Shown here piece by piece: positions 12,217-23,631 of a DNA stretch of 47,582 nt (positions are counted from its first letter, which is position 1; every line of letters starts with the position of its first letter). The position numbers and the translations under genes were made by a program. Source of the stretch: Catajapyx aquilonaris (lineage: Eukaryota); assembly GCA_000934665.2 (NCBI GenBank), contig KZ538166.1:62001-109582 (forward strand), read 5' to 3'. Below the pieces are notes generated by a model. That model made no database searches and was not told the origin of the DNA. It saw nothing but the letters and a program-made list of their open reading frames with translations.

Positions 12217-14130
12217 AGCTGAAATTATGTTTTACATACGTGCCCAAACAAGTCGGTAATATTATCCTGCCTAACACACACTGTAAAATTCAGTGTTTAA
12301 ACAAATGTATATTATCATACAGCAAAAATGTTCGAACTATTTTCATTGCATGAAACATCATTCTTGGCACGTTCCGTTTCTTCTTGAGTAAATATGCTGC
12401 AAATATTAGTTTGATTGGTATAGTATCCCTGTTGACCACTACAAAGGTTCAACGGATACCAGTGTAATACAGGTTATTCACAAGGTCTAACCTCAGATAT
12501 AATTATTGCAACAGTGTTTGTAACGATCATTTTCAGTCTTATTAGCACCAATCTTTTTGATACCTTCAGAGAGTATTGTTACAGTCACTGGTTAATAATA
12601 ATAAGCAGCTCAGTGACAAAACATTGCAACTATAGTCTAATTAAAGGAGTGAAATCGGAACATCATTGTGGGAATATTATGCCGTTAAGTTTAAGGGCAT
12701 GTAGTCACCAGTGTACTATATTGCCAGAGTAGAGGGATTTTCTGAGATTTTGTAGCCAGGCTTTTCCCGGGCTTCCGTTGCCCTATACGTTTGGTCCGGC
12801 GTATAAAATCAAACAGGTATTTTTCGTGGCTTATACAGCACGATATGGCACAGACTTAATGAACAAGTCCGCCTTTCATTCCCTTGCCTTTGCGGCCCAC
12901 AAGTTCTGAGCTCATAATAATAGCGCTTGAAAGCGTCTCGCATTTAATCAGGCGGCCAACGTCGAGTCCCGAGTTTGTGCTCGAAAACGACTGTTTACAC
13001 ACTATAACACACGCATACATAGCGTAAGCCGGAATAGCAAACGCGAGGGGACGAAAAAAATACTTGGTGTCGTGAAAGCGCACTATTGAAAGCAACGCAC
13101 GTGGGCAGGCTTCAGGATTTCGGGGAAGCACCATAAAGGGGCCTTTGGAAGGACGACATTGATTTCAACGTGTTCTCAAAAAAAAAAAAAAAATCATGGG
13201 CCCCCCCACCCACACCCTTACCGCCATTCATCCGTGTCTATCCGAGGTAATTGCTCCCTTGATTGGCTTCGTCATTAGCAGCTGCGGCGAGATCAAAAGG
13301 TGGGTAGGGGTCTCCCCCGTTGGCCCTCGCCGGCAGACTCGGCTGACAGTTATCACCCCTCCACCCCCTCACTCCCCTGACGACGCCCAGATTCCTCCGC
13401 CATATTTCCCCATTACGGCACGCCTCATTACCAACCTTGAGTATGCATGCCCAGGCTATCGCTCTTAAATTGGAATACCTAATTTGTCCTCAAGTACACT
13501 AATTGTAACCGGCTCTTGTTTGAAGCGTGTGGCCTTTTTTCTTTTTTAAGTAATATTCTATGCCTGGTCAATGGGGTCAGCTGACTTGTGAATTTGTTTC
13601 GGTCACGCTTGAAGGCAACCTGTTTCATAGGTGGCATATCCTGTATATTCTGTAGGAACATGGGTGCACGTTGTATTTGCTATAGAAGCTATAAGTTAGT
13701 ACATTAGTGAGTCTTAAAGTTTTCATGAAAACTCACTTTTGCAAATTGTTTTCTCACTTTATCTCAGTCAGAACTCCATCAATGCCTAGATTTGCCTAAA
13801 TCAAATTAAAAGGTAGAGATGGTAAGTTTCAAGACGTTTTTGTGACCCTCAGACATGGGGCAGAGTTACCATGGAGTAACTTGTTTATTGTCTCCCATGT
13901 TAAGGTTGATTGACCTGATGTGTTGGAAATTTGTTATTGGGTGTTATTATTAAATTGATTTTAATTAAAATGTTGCTCCAATCAGACTTATACTCATGAG
14001 GAGTGCTGAAATTCCACCCATACTTGTAACGTTTTCAGAATTTGGTCGTGTGCGGCATTTTCGCGGACCAAAAATTTCACAGTTTGCTTTCATTTTTGTA
14101 CAGTTTGTTAAAACTAAAACTGTTCTTACC

Positions 14131-14167
14131 AATAACAATAAATAATAATAATAATAATAATAATAAC

Positions 14168-14234
<67 letters not shown>
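14131..14234 (+). repeat. (AAT)n microsatellite with rare AAC interruptions
   Basis: Directly visible; accounts for the poly-N and poly-Y ORFs in the track. Confidence 0.98.
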
Positions 14235-14235
<1 letters not shown>

Positions 14236-14394
14236 AACATCACGACATTTCCCTATGAGGGGTAGTCAGCGATGAAGGGAGACGCAAGCTAACCCAACAT
14301 ATGAACTAATAAAACTCATGAGAATAAACCTAAGAACAACCTGTCCCACCCCCCACCCCTGCCCACCTCAGACATCACCTTATCTTGTCTGAGG

Positions 14395-14421
14395 ATAATA
14401 ATAATAATAATAAATAATAAT
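14395..14421 (+). repeat. Short (AAT)n microsatellite
   Basis: ATAATAATAATAATAATAAATAATAAT. Confidence 0.9.
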
Positions 14422-14505
14422 TTTTGACCCTAAGCTGCTTACTAGTAAGTACGTAGTTACTTTCAAAGGTTTAGCTGTTATCAATAATATTGTGCCTTTG
14501 ACTTA

Positions 14506-14670
14506 GGCCGGGTTACTTATACACCGGCTCCCGGAAAATTTGTCTGGCCGAAGAAGAAGCAGGATAGTTTGTTATTCATTGTTGACAGAATTGTTGACAA
14601 AAATGAATAACAACCGAATCGGGCTCTTCTTTGGCCAGACAAATTTTCCGGGAGCCAGTGCAACCCGGCC
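14506..14670. mobile_element. PIF/Harbinger (Tourist-like) foldback MITE, 165 bp, TTA target duplication
   Basis: TTA at 14503-14505 and 14671-14673; ends GGCCGGGTT...AACCCGGCC. Arms share GGCTCCCGGAAAATTTGTCTGGCC and TTGTTATTCATT in inverted orientation. Confidence 0.82.
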
Positions 14671-17600
14671 TTAGAGAGTCATTGTAGTTCTACCGTCCGC
14701 GGTACCTAAGCCGAAAAATGGACACTTTGAGAATGCACCTTAGTCTAGTGTTGTCAACTTGACTCGAGCACAACACACTATCGCGTCTACTAGCATTTTT
14801 AGTTTATTTACTTCAGAAAATGTGCGAGTGGTGGACTTTTGCTATTGCCTTACGGTTGCCCAGTCCACCACAGTTCCCACTCGGTAATCGCGTGCACAAC
14901 CCGGTGTTTGTAAAACCGGCTCTACTGTGCAATACTGGTGCACACAAGCGCAGCGTAACGAAAGCGAAAGTGTGTAAACAAGTGGTCGTGGACTTTCAAC
15001 TATACAAAGCAGCTCGACCGTGACAATGGTGGTGGTATAGGTGTGGAAACTGCTCCGGATACAGTTCATCAAGGAGCCTGTTTTTACATGTCCACTTCTT
15101 GCAGATAATATAAATGAGGCGCCTTAACTCCTTAAGCGTGAAAGGTATAGCAGTCATCCGTACTGGCTTGTTCCTGATGTCTTTATATAGGTGGTTTTTG
15201 CTGGCCATCTAATCCGCTGAACAATGCCCCTGTCGATATCAGACCGTCTACATGGCATGTTCTTGATTGACATTTGTAGGTTAGGTTGAGAAATGAAAAT
15301 ACCCTTGCTTCATAACTTGAACTGCCAAAAATTACATGGAGTAGTAGTTCTATGGTATGCATTGGCCCCTTTCACTGCCAAGAAAAGGGAAGAACTTGAG
15401 GAAGCACTTGTTACACACTTCAAGACGGCGAGATAATGCCCCAAGTGAATAATTGATAATGCTACTAAAAGGTCGATAGAGCAGAATGAGGCTGAACTCC
15501 CGGGAATTTTTAAGCTGCCAACATTGTCACAGAATCCTGCAGGTTTGGCATAAAAAAACATATTACAGTAGGTCTACTTGTAGATTATGGAAAGTATTTT
15601 CTGTCACATTTGCTTAATAAATGGATGCTATGACTAAGCAACGTGCATGTAAATAATATTAACCGAGTGAGGAATACGAATTGGGTCCATAAGATAATAT
15701 GAACGTTTGTGCAAGTTGCAGGGAATACAATAATTTTTTAATCATTACAAATGAATTTTAAATGCGGGATAGTTGTCTCAGCTAAGCGAATATGTATTAT
15801 TATAATTATCATTAATTATTATTAGTTACATTTTAAGTAGGATTTAACATGGCATATGGGAGCTGTTTCTGGCACTGTTGAATTCAGGACATTAAAGTGA
15901 GCATACAACCCTTTTGTATATATTACGCTTTGCAATAACTAAATTGCATCGCTCCTTGAAAGACCCGCAGCTGTTTCACCTTGCCTGTAATGCAGCACTT
16001 GCAAGCTCACAACGCTGCAGGGAATTAAAACAGACTCGGAACAATACCTGTAAAATGTCAACACCTTCCTGAAAAGTGTGACCCAGAATATGACGAGACA
16101 TACTTTGTCCGTAACAGCACCGATATCACGAGGAAGGCGTGTATATGAGCCGAACAACCCAATTGCACATTTATGTGTGCTCTATAGCCTCCGGGAACAC
16201 GCCTTTACAATAGCCATGCTGAGAGTCAACTGTCCCCTAAATGTCTACCCATGTATACGGCAGTAAAATGTAACCAACCCGAGATGGCAATCTTGGCGCA
16301 GATATCGCACGAGTCATGTGTATTGGGTGAAATATTATTGCGAAACGACTCGCCAATTGAGCTCGTAAAGAAGGCTCGACCAGGTACGGAATAAGTTCAG
16401 CATGCATGTCCAGTGACAATAACCGTCGTCGATAAAGGGAGGTCATTCCCGTTCCATTAGCCCTTAGGACAGCATAATGTCCATTCTAGGTGAGTCCGAA
16501 CTATACTCTTTATATACCTGTGAACACACACACCCACATATGATACACACAGCAAAGTTGGCTGAAATCTTGCGCACCATGTTCGCCTGTGACATGTTGC
16601 ATGGATTTTCTGTAATTCTCTGACACATGAAAAGAGGTGGTGAGTGCCAAAGTAATCCCGGTTTGCACAAGCGGACGTGCTTTATGTGGCCGATCCCCTT
16701 TTGTCACATGGAGCAATTACCGGCTCTTTTCACGTGAGATACTGCCAGAGGCTCCGGTTTGGACGCGCTGCTGGAGTTGAGGGTGGGACATGGGGTAGGG
16801 CTGAGAGGGGAGGGACGTTTCACCGAACGGCAAGCTAGCTTTTATTGCAATTGGCAAAACGCGCCACCGTGAAACCTTTCCGATTAAGAGGGATTTGCAT
16901 GAGTCGAGGGGGTGCATCAAGGGGTGAGTCAACTCGCTGGGGGGTGGAGGGAGACACAAAAGACCGGACTCAACCCCCCTCTTAAAATCCCTCCACTCAA
17001 CGGAAATAGTCCATGAATTCGATCGGAATCAAGGTCTACGTTTGTGATTGACACTTCTTTTTTGTCGGAAGAAAGAGAGGAGATGGGCCAGGTTGTAACG
17101 TAATCAGCGCGGTTTTACGGTCTGCAATTTGCCAAAATATGGGAGGAATGCCGATAATAACCTCTAGGTTATGCAACTGGTGTAATTGCTAGAGGCGAAA
17201 CTGCTCTCGGTTGAGAAACGTAATGGTGCATTTTCGTCTCTGGCCGATTGTCTACAGTTTAGACAATAAAACTAGGCCTGAGCACTCCCGAAGACATTGC
17301 GGCTGCAATGCAATCAACTACAATATCTGCGGAATTACAACATGTCCCCATCTGCAGTGGGGTCCCCATTGCAGGTCGTCACTGATTGGACCAGGAAACC
17401 TGGAGTGAGAGAAATTAGCATAATTTTACATATTGCGTCATAGGTGCCAAAAAAGTGTCGCATTTCGAGTATTTAGGAGAGTTGCGAAAGTCTTTGAAAC
17501 CCTCGGAAGGTGCTCATTGTGCATTTAATTCTAGGGGGCTCCCAAAGTATTGCTCTGGACTTTCTACATTGCAAAAAGAGTTTTGAGACAATGCAATATC

Positions 17601-17755
17601 CCTGAATTGCGACCAGTTAACTACGTGCTGCTCTCATTAGCTGCACCATAAATATCCTGGAAATTAGGATACACCCCCCTTTTGCAGCCGGCAACAAGGT
17701 CTTTTGTGCTGACAATTTTCTTCTTTTCTTCTTGCTCCCCTCTTTATGGACGCAG

Positions 17756-17788
17756 CAGCAGCAGCCACCTATATCCTCTGTGCATGAG
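17756..17788 (+). CDS. nrm: Candidate alternative microexon (33 nt, QQQPPISSVHE; 30/27/24 nt with downstream CAG acceptors)
   Basis: CTGAC branch point at 17709-17713, AG-free pyrimidine tract, (CAG)4 at 17753-17764, donor GAG|GTAAGT at 17788/17789. Phase 0-0 with no stop, matching the host intron. Confidence 0.65.
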
Positions 17789-18027
17789 GTAAGTCTCCGT
17801 GTGTGTACTGTACGTGTGTCGTTGCATGCGTGTCAGTTTTTCATTGCACAACCAATAGAACTCATATTAGATGTTTGACACAATATAACAATAAAGTGAG
17901 AACCACATCAGCAGTCGTGTAGACGTTTATTCTGGTTTTGTGATATTTGACATGAATTATTGCCAATTGATTCACTGTCGACACGACCACTTCTGTATTA
18001 TTACATAATATTTACGGGCATGGTATA

Positions 18028-18355
18028 CAGGGTGTTTCAACTTTTTGTCCGAACAGTTATCGGAAAATTGCACGTAGCTGCTACTTTGTAAGCAGTGACT
18101 TGCAACCGGTGATTTGTCGGAGGAATGGGGCATGGGGAAAAAGAGGGTCACACATCCCATGGCATGTGTGACCCTCTTTTTTCCAGGCTTGGCCTTCAAT
18201 TTTCAGCGGGCAGCACGTATGCCACTTCAACCTACGATTGGCAGGGAATATTCCCCGTTCCTCCGAAAAATCACCGTTTGCAAGTCACTGCTTACAAAGT
18301 AGCAGCTACGTGCAATTTTTCTATAACTGTTCGGACAAAAAGTTGAATCATCCTG
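18028..18355. mobile_element. Tc1/mariner-like MITE, 328 bp, about 103-bp TIRs
   Basis: Left arm 18028-18130 (CAGGGTGTTTCAACTTTTTGTCCGAACAGTTAT...) pairs with right arm 18253-18355 (...ATAACTGTTCGGACAAAAAGTTGAATCATCCTG). TA on the left, CA (decayed TA) on the right. No coding capacity. Confidence 0.85.
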
Positions 18356-21300
18356 CATACTGTTTCATCCCTCCACTGCATATTTGGCCTGAAGGCATCT
18401 GAAAATAAGATAAAACCATGTAGTCTACTCAACTATTGGCAAGCTCCTTTTTGTTCCATCATCTTCCGGAAGAAGGAGGATGCAGACTTGTAATCGAAAG
18501 ATAGTTGCCTTAATTCTGAAAGGCTGGCTGGGAAATGAATATTGGCAGCAACGAAATGGGCTATCTAGGAAGCTGATCAGTAAGGTTGTAACGAAGAAAA
18601 TAAGGCAGTGCTGGTGTGTGGAGATGGGTTGCTATCTTTAAACCTCATTGGTGCGTGAAGTTGAGTGCCTAGGATGTCAAATTCAGTTTCGAGGGCTTAC
18701 CAATTTGACCCCAAGTCTCGGGACTGAATCTATTTACAAGCGTTCGATATATTGGCAAGGTATTTCTGATCTTACGATTTTCCATCGGAAAAGCAGAAGC
18801 CGTATGAAGCAGTGCCACCTGCTGAAGTAGGTCACACTTGAAAATATCCGTGGATAGAATTGCAGAGACACTATAACATCCCAGGCTGGACAAGAGAAGT
18901 TATTGTTAGGTCTTTCTCCTTCATGCTGGCGTCACGTTGAGAACAAAGCGGGTCGTAAATAGATAAGGAAGCCCTTGGTTACAGCGTGAGAACAATGATC
19001 ACTCTTTTTTTACGAAGCTTTGTCCCCTAGGCCCTCTTTGGTCAACCGGAGACTATTGATAGAAATGGCGGCAGATAAACTGCAGGGATTCCTATGGTCG
19101 AAGTGGCAAAGGCCACAGGGGTTTCCCAACTGTGCTCATGGACACACTGACGTGAAATGGCCTTTCAAAGAAGCCTCTCTTGCAATCGCTGACGCACAGG
19201 GCATTGTTCCGACCAGGGGAAAAAATAAATATAATTCGCTCAGATCCGATTACCTGTCGCTATCACAACCAACCATGTACGCTTTTATGCCGCTATTTTT
19301 ACCACCAAAACTGGCATTTAAATGTGTGGATTTTCCGTGTCAAAATTTTAGGTGGCTATATGTGAGAATTACATCTGGAATCTTGGACTCAACACGGAGC
19401 GCCCATGGTTATGACTTTGTTACATAACATGGGAACACCGATACTTTCCTATATGGGGTCACTAACAGGGATGAAATAGCTCTTCCGTAAATCTTCAAAT
19501 GATTTATGGCTGTGAAATTACGCGGCAAATTGGAAGGCGCACATCCTGATGGCAGGCTGTCGATGCCCTCCTCGCAAATAGTAAACCTATATACGCGAGA
19601 GTACAGTGTGATGGAGTGTGATGTTAAGGCAACGAAATGCACACATTATCCTGAATAGTTCGATATACTCATTAGGACACAAATGCTTGAGTACGTCCTT
19701 TTCCGACGGGACCGCTTTTGAAAATCGCGAGGATTAATTTCGTATGCCGTGCTGCAGGACAATCAGTTTTGGGGAGAGTGAATTATTATAGATAGATAAT
19801 TGAATCATTCAAAGATAAACGTGGCAATTTAGTTGGCGCGCTTGTAATAGATGCTGCTGTGATTAGACCATATCGCGCGTTGTTTGACTCGTGAAACACA
19901 CGTTTACCAAGCGATTCAGGTTGTATCGAGGAAAATGTTGCGCAACTCTCGACTCTGCATACAATTTGACGTGAATTACCAATGGAACGGAAGCTTTTTG
20001 TGGCCTTTATTAGACAAATTCCGACTGTGGCGTAATAATTTGCACCAGACATGCACCGAGAGAGCCGGCATTTTCACGCCCATTGTCAGTCAATGCCCCC
20101 TCTCCTCCACCTCCCTCCCTAGTCCCTCTAGTCTCTTCGAAAGGATTAATGACATCATGGAATTTATGGTGAGGAAAATTTGTCGATTCGTTAGGTCCGA
20201 CACACGCCATTTAACACCCGGATTTAATTATGTCAGGCAGTTTAAATCACCAATAAATATTGGTGTGGACCTAATCGATGCTTTGAAGTAGTAATAACCT
20301 GGTTCAAAAAAAAATTAACTACCCCCTCCCCCCTCCACTTCTCTCTCTCTCTCTTTTTGAGGAAAATGACCGTGGCGGTCAAACATGCCAATCGTGTAAG
20401 TGCGCAGGGCGAAAACACGATTATCCCCGATTGGATGCCCGGTTTGAGAATGCAAATGAATGTAGGTATGAATCGTTGATTATGGAGCAAACTGCACGGC
20501 AAAAGTCCCAAACTCCCACCGCAAACCAGCAGATTGACTCGTCAGTTAGTGTTGCGGGGGAAAGGGGGGGGGGACATGGATGGGGGATGCAAAATGTGTC
20601 CGTTTAATCGAAGCAGAAAGTCGTCTCGATTCATCGCCCTCCAAAAGAGGTCCACTTCTATACTGTACACGTGCTACAAGTGCTCATTTTCGCGCCAACC
20701 GAATCATGTGACGCCCCAATGTTACTAATTGCCTAGCAGAAATTCGTTCCCATAATTCGCTTCCAAAATTGATGGTCCATGGGGCCCTCAAAAAAAGGAT
20801 GGAGAATAATAATACGTAATGTTAATAGAAAGGGGTGTATACCCTGCTTGTATAAACTGGGCATTGGGCAGTGAGTATCCCAGCGGGCGTTTGTTCGCGA
20901 CGCTATGCGTAGCTTCCAGAAGAAAGGGCATTTTCGAGCGGACGACCGCATTGAAAACGCAAATAGACTTGAGCTAATGGAGCGCGGAAATGAAGGGAGA
21001 ATGGAAGCAGGCGTGTACAGCAATTTCACGGCGGACAACCTGCGAAATCTGCCAGGAGCCACGTACGGTTTCATTAATGCCGGTCTCCATCATAATGTTC
21101 CCAGAGCGACGCTTTATTGCGTTACAGCATCATCGTCTTCAAACCGCTATCGGCGTCAGCAAGACTCGCAACAACGGGGCTTGGAAGTGCCAACCGCATG
21201 TGATGCTGGCTTAAAAATCCAATTAATTTCCACTGTTACAAGCCATCAACTGAAGGTTAGCTTTATTTATGTTGGTGTATAGAGACAGAAAGGAGCGGTA

Positions 21301-21759
21301 GGTTGGTCGGTGGTAAAGGAAATTTCTACAGCAAGCTTTTTGTGATCATGTGTTTCGGAGTAAAAGGGCTTTGTGTGCAAGGTGTAAGTTTATTACTTGC
21401 ACCTGCTTTGTGACAGGCATTGCTTTGATTTTTCTGAAACAGCAATGACGGGGTACGTCCTTTACAGTCAATTGGCTGATCCAGTACGTAGTTGGACCAT
21501 TGTGTCATCGGATTTATGTGACCCCTAGGCTATGGTAGGTTCTGATTAACATCCATAAGCAGATTTTTTGCAACAAAGCAAGCCCAAAGAGGTGTAATGA
21601 TGCAACCGAATGCAATTGTACTTCAATCGACAATCAGTGACAGTGCATGTGAATAATATTACCTTTACAATTTGGGGGAAATGGAATAGAGATGTGTAAG
21701 TGAAACCCACAGAAAGGACGGTGGTATTACATCAACCCGAGGGACTCTCTGTAATATTA

Positions 21760-21870
21760 CAGGGTGTTCCAAATTCGTGGGTCGTAATTATAACTGATAT
21801 AGCCCTGATATAACTACTATCGGGCGATATCAGTCATAAAAAAAACGCCCCACGAATTTGGAACACCCTG
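21760..21870. mobile_element. Tc1/mariner-like foldback MITE, 111 bp, TA target duplication
   Basis: Perfect 22-bp TIR CAGGGTGTTCCAAATTCGTGGG / CCCACGAATTTGGAACACCCTG, TA on both sides; the interior is also self-complementary. Confidence 0.88.
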
Positions 21871-23539
21871 TATATGGTAGCGAGAGCATTTCTGATTCAC
21901 TAAGTCAATACGCGGATTTTCCACGAAATAAGTGAGTAAAGGCTACCTGTGAAAACAGTTATCTCAATCTCATTTTCAAGGATTAAATTCTAATAATGCT
22001 ACACGAACTACACGACTGATGTATGACTGGATATTAAGTCGAACTTTTATTTTATTTATTGGGGCTTACGGAAGGCGACAACCTTGTTCATACTGCAAGC
22101 CGGACTTGGGTATTGATATCACGGAGAGCAAGAATTTGCTAGACGCTATTAACCAACCTTAATATACGTATCAGTCTGGCGCTGTACATGATGTGAAACG
22201 TCGCGAAAAGTGTGATTTTGCCAGTGTGTAAAAACATTTTGGGGCGTCGCAGTTTGACGTGGCAGGTTAGGCCTGTGTGTCAAGCTGCCTTTCTTCATAA
22301 ATTATGCATGGGTACCCGCAGTGCCTTTGTCATATCTTTGCATCAAGCAGCTCCTTTGCATTAAAAGTCCATAAAACATATCGCGTAGAAACCCGTAATA
22401 AATAAACATCAGCTCCTTCCAAACTCGTCTCCTTCGCCGTCTTTCATTTTCGCGCTTCTGCCACTTTCATTACCGTTGTCTTCTTGGAAATAGCAGACCG
22501 TAAACTCTAATGTCTTCCACTTTTATTTTGCTCAGAAACATGTCCCCTTTCCATACGAAAGAGCTATAAAAAGTTACGCACAGGATACAAAATGCACGTG
22601 AACCGTTCTTAAGCATGTAGATTTATTCTTGCCGCCCTACATTTTCACGTTCAAACTTCTCTCTTTTTGGAAGGCTTGATTAGGTATTAAGGAATTTGGG
22701 CTAATCTGCGAACCTGTAAGGGAGTCTTTGTGCAAAAAGAATGCCTAAGCTTGGCACGAGGCTGGGAAAAAAATAGACGGCCATTTATTAATCATCCATC
22801 AGTAGCCTACGTCATCAGCAGCTCTGAGAAGTTGAAGACTTTCTTGCATCTCATTTCCATCATGATTCCATTCCAGTCATTGGGGCTGCCCTCATGTAGT
22901 CGGAACTTGTACCATTCCCCCCTCCCCCCCCCCCATCGAATTTTCAATACGAAATTAGTTTTCTGACTTTCTGCCAATCCTCGACTCCATAAAAAATAAG
23001 ACGGGGAGAAGGAAGGGGTCGTTTCATGGCGACAATAATCATAATCAGGTGACTCGAAGGGAGGGGAAAAGTCGTCAGGAAAGCCAGAATTTATATTTTC
23101 CGCCGGAAATTTAAAAATATTGGCCACGAAATAGTTTATTGGCTCATCCGAAATTATTGCTGACTCAATTTGAGAAGGCTTGTGCTTGTTCTGAAAGTTT
23201 TCCTTTTCCCCTCCCCTTTTCCTAATTAAGCCGGCGGTTTGGTCGATTAATAAAAGTGCAAAAGTGCGAACTCTGGGCGCCACACATTATTTTCCCTCTA
23301 ATCTGATAAAATTCGTTACTGTCCCGAAAAGTTCGTGCCGTGCCAATACACTCGTATCTTATTCTCGAGTTGGGGCCTGCTGAGACCGGAATATTGGCCA
23401 ATGTCTGCGAAAAGCGATTTAGAAACCCGTTATTTGTCTCCCCGTGCTATCGTGCAGAATAATCTCGTTTGGGCGGCGACCTTTGGGTCATTTTGATTGA
23501 ATCACGAACTGCACGAAAATGACACGTCTTCAAACAACT

Positions 23540-23631
23540 CCCCCTGCACCCCCTTGCACCCCTTGGACCCCTTGCACCCCCTTGCTCCCCCTTGCTCCCC
23601 CTTGCTCCCCCTGCTCCCCCTTGCTCCCCCC
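23540..23631 (+). repeat. C-rich minisatellite, about 9 copies of C4-5-TTGC(A/T)
   Basis: Directly visible 9-10 bp tandem units; the opposite strand has regular G4-5 runs. Confidence 0.95.

Noticed and set aside
13965..14275. Poly-Tyr and poly-Asn ORFs
   Set aside because: Translations of the (AAT)n microsatellite.
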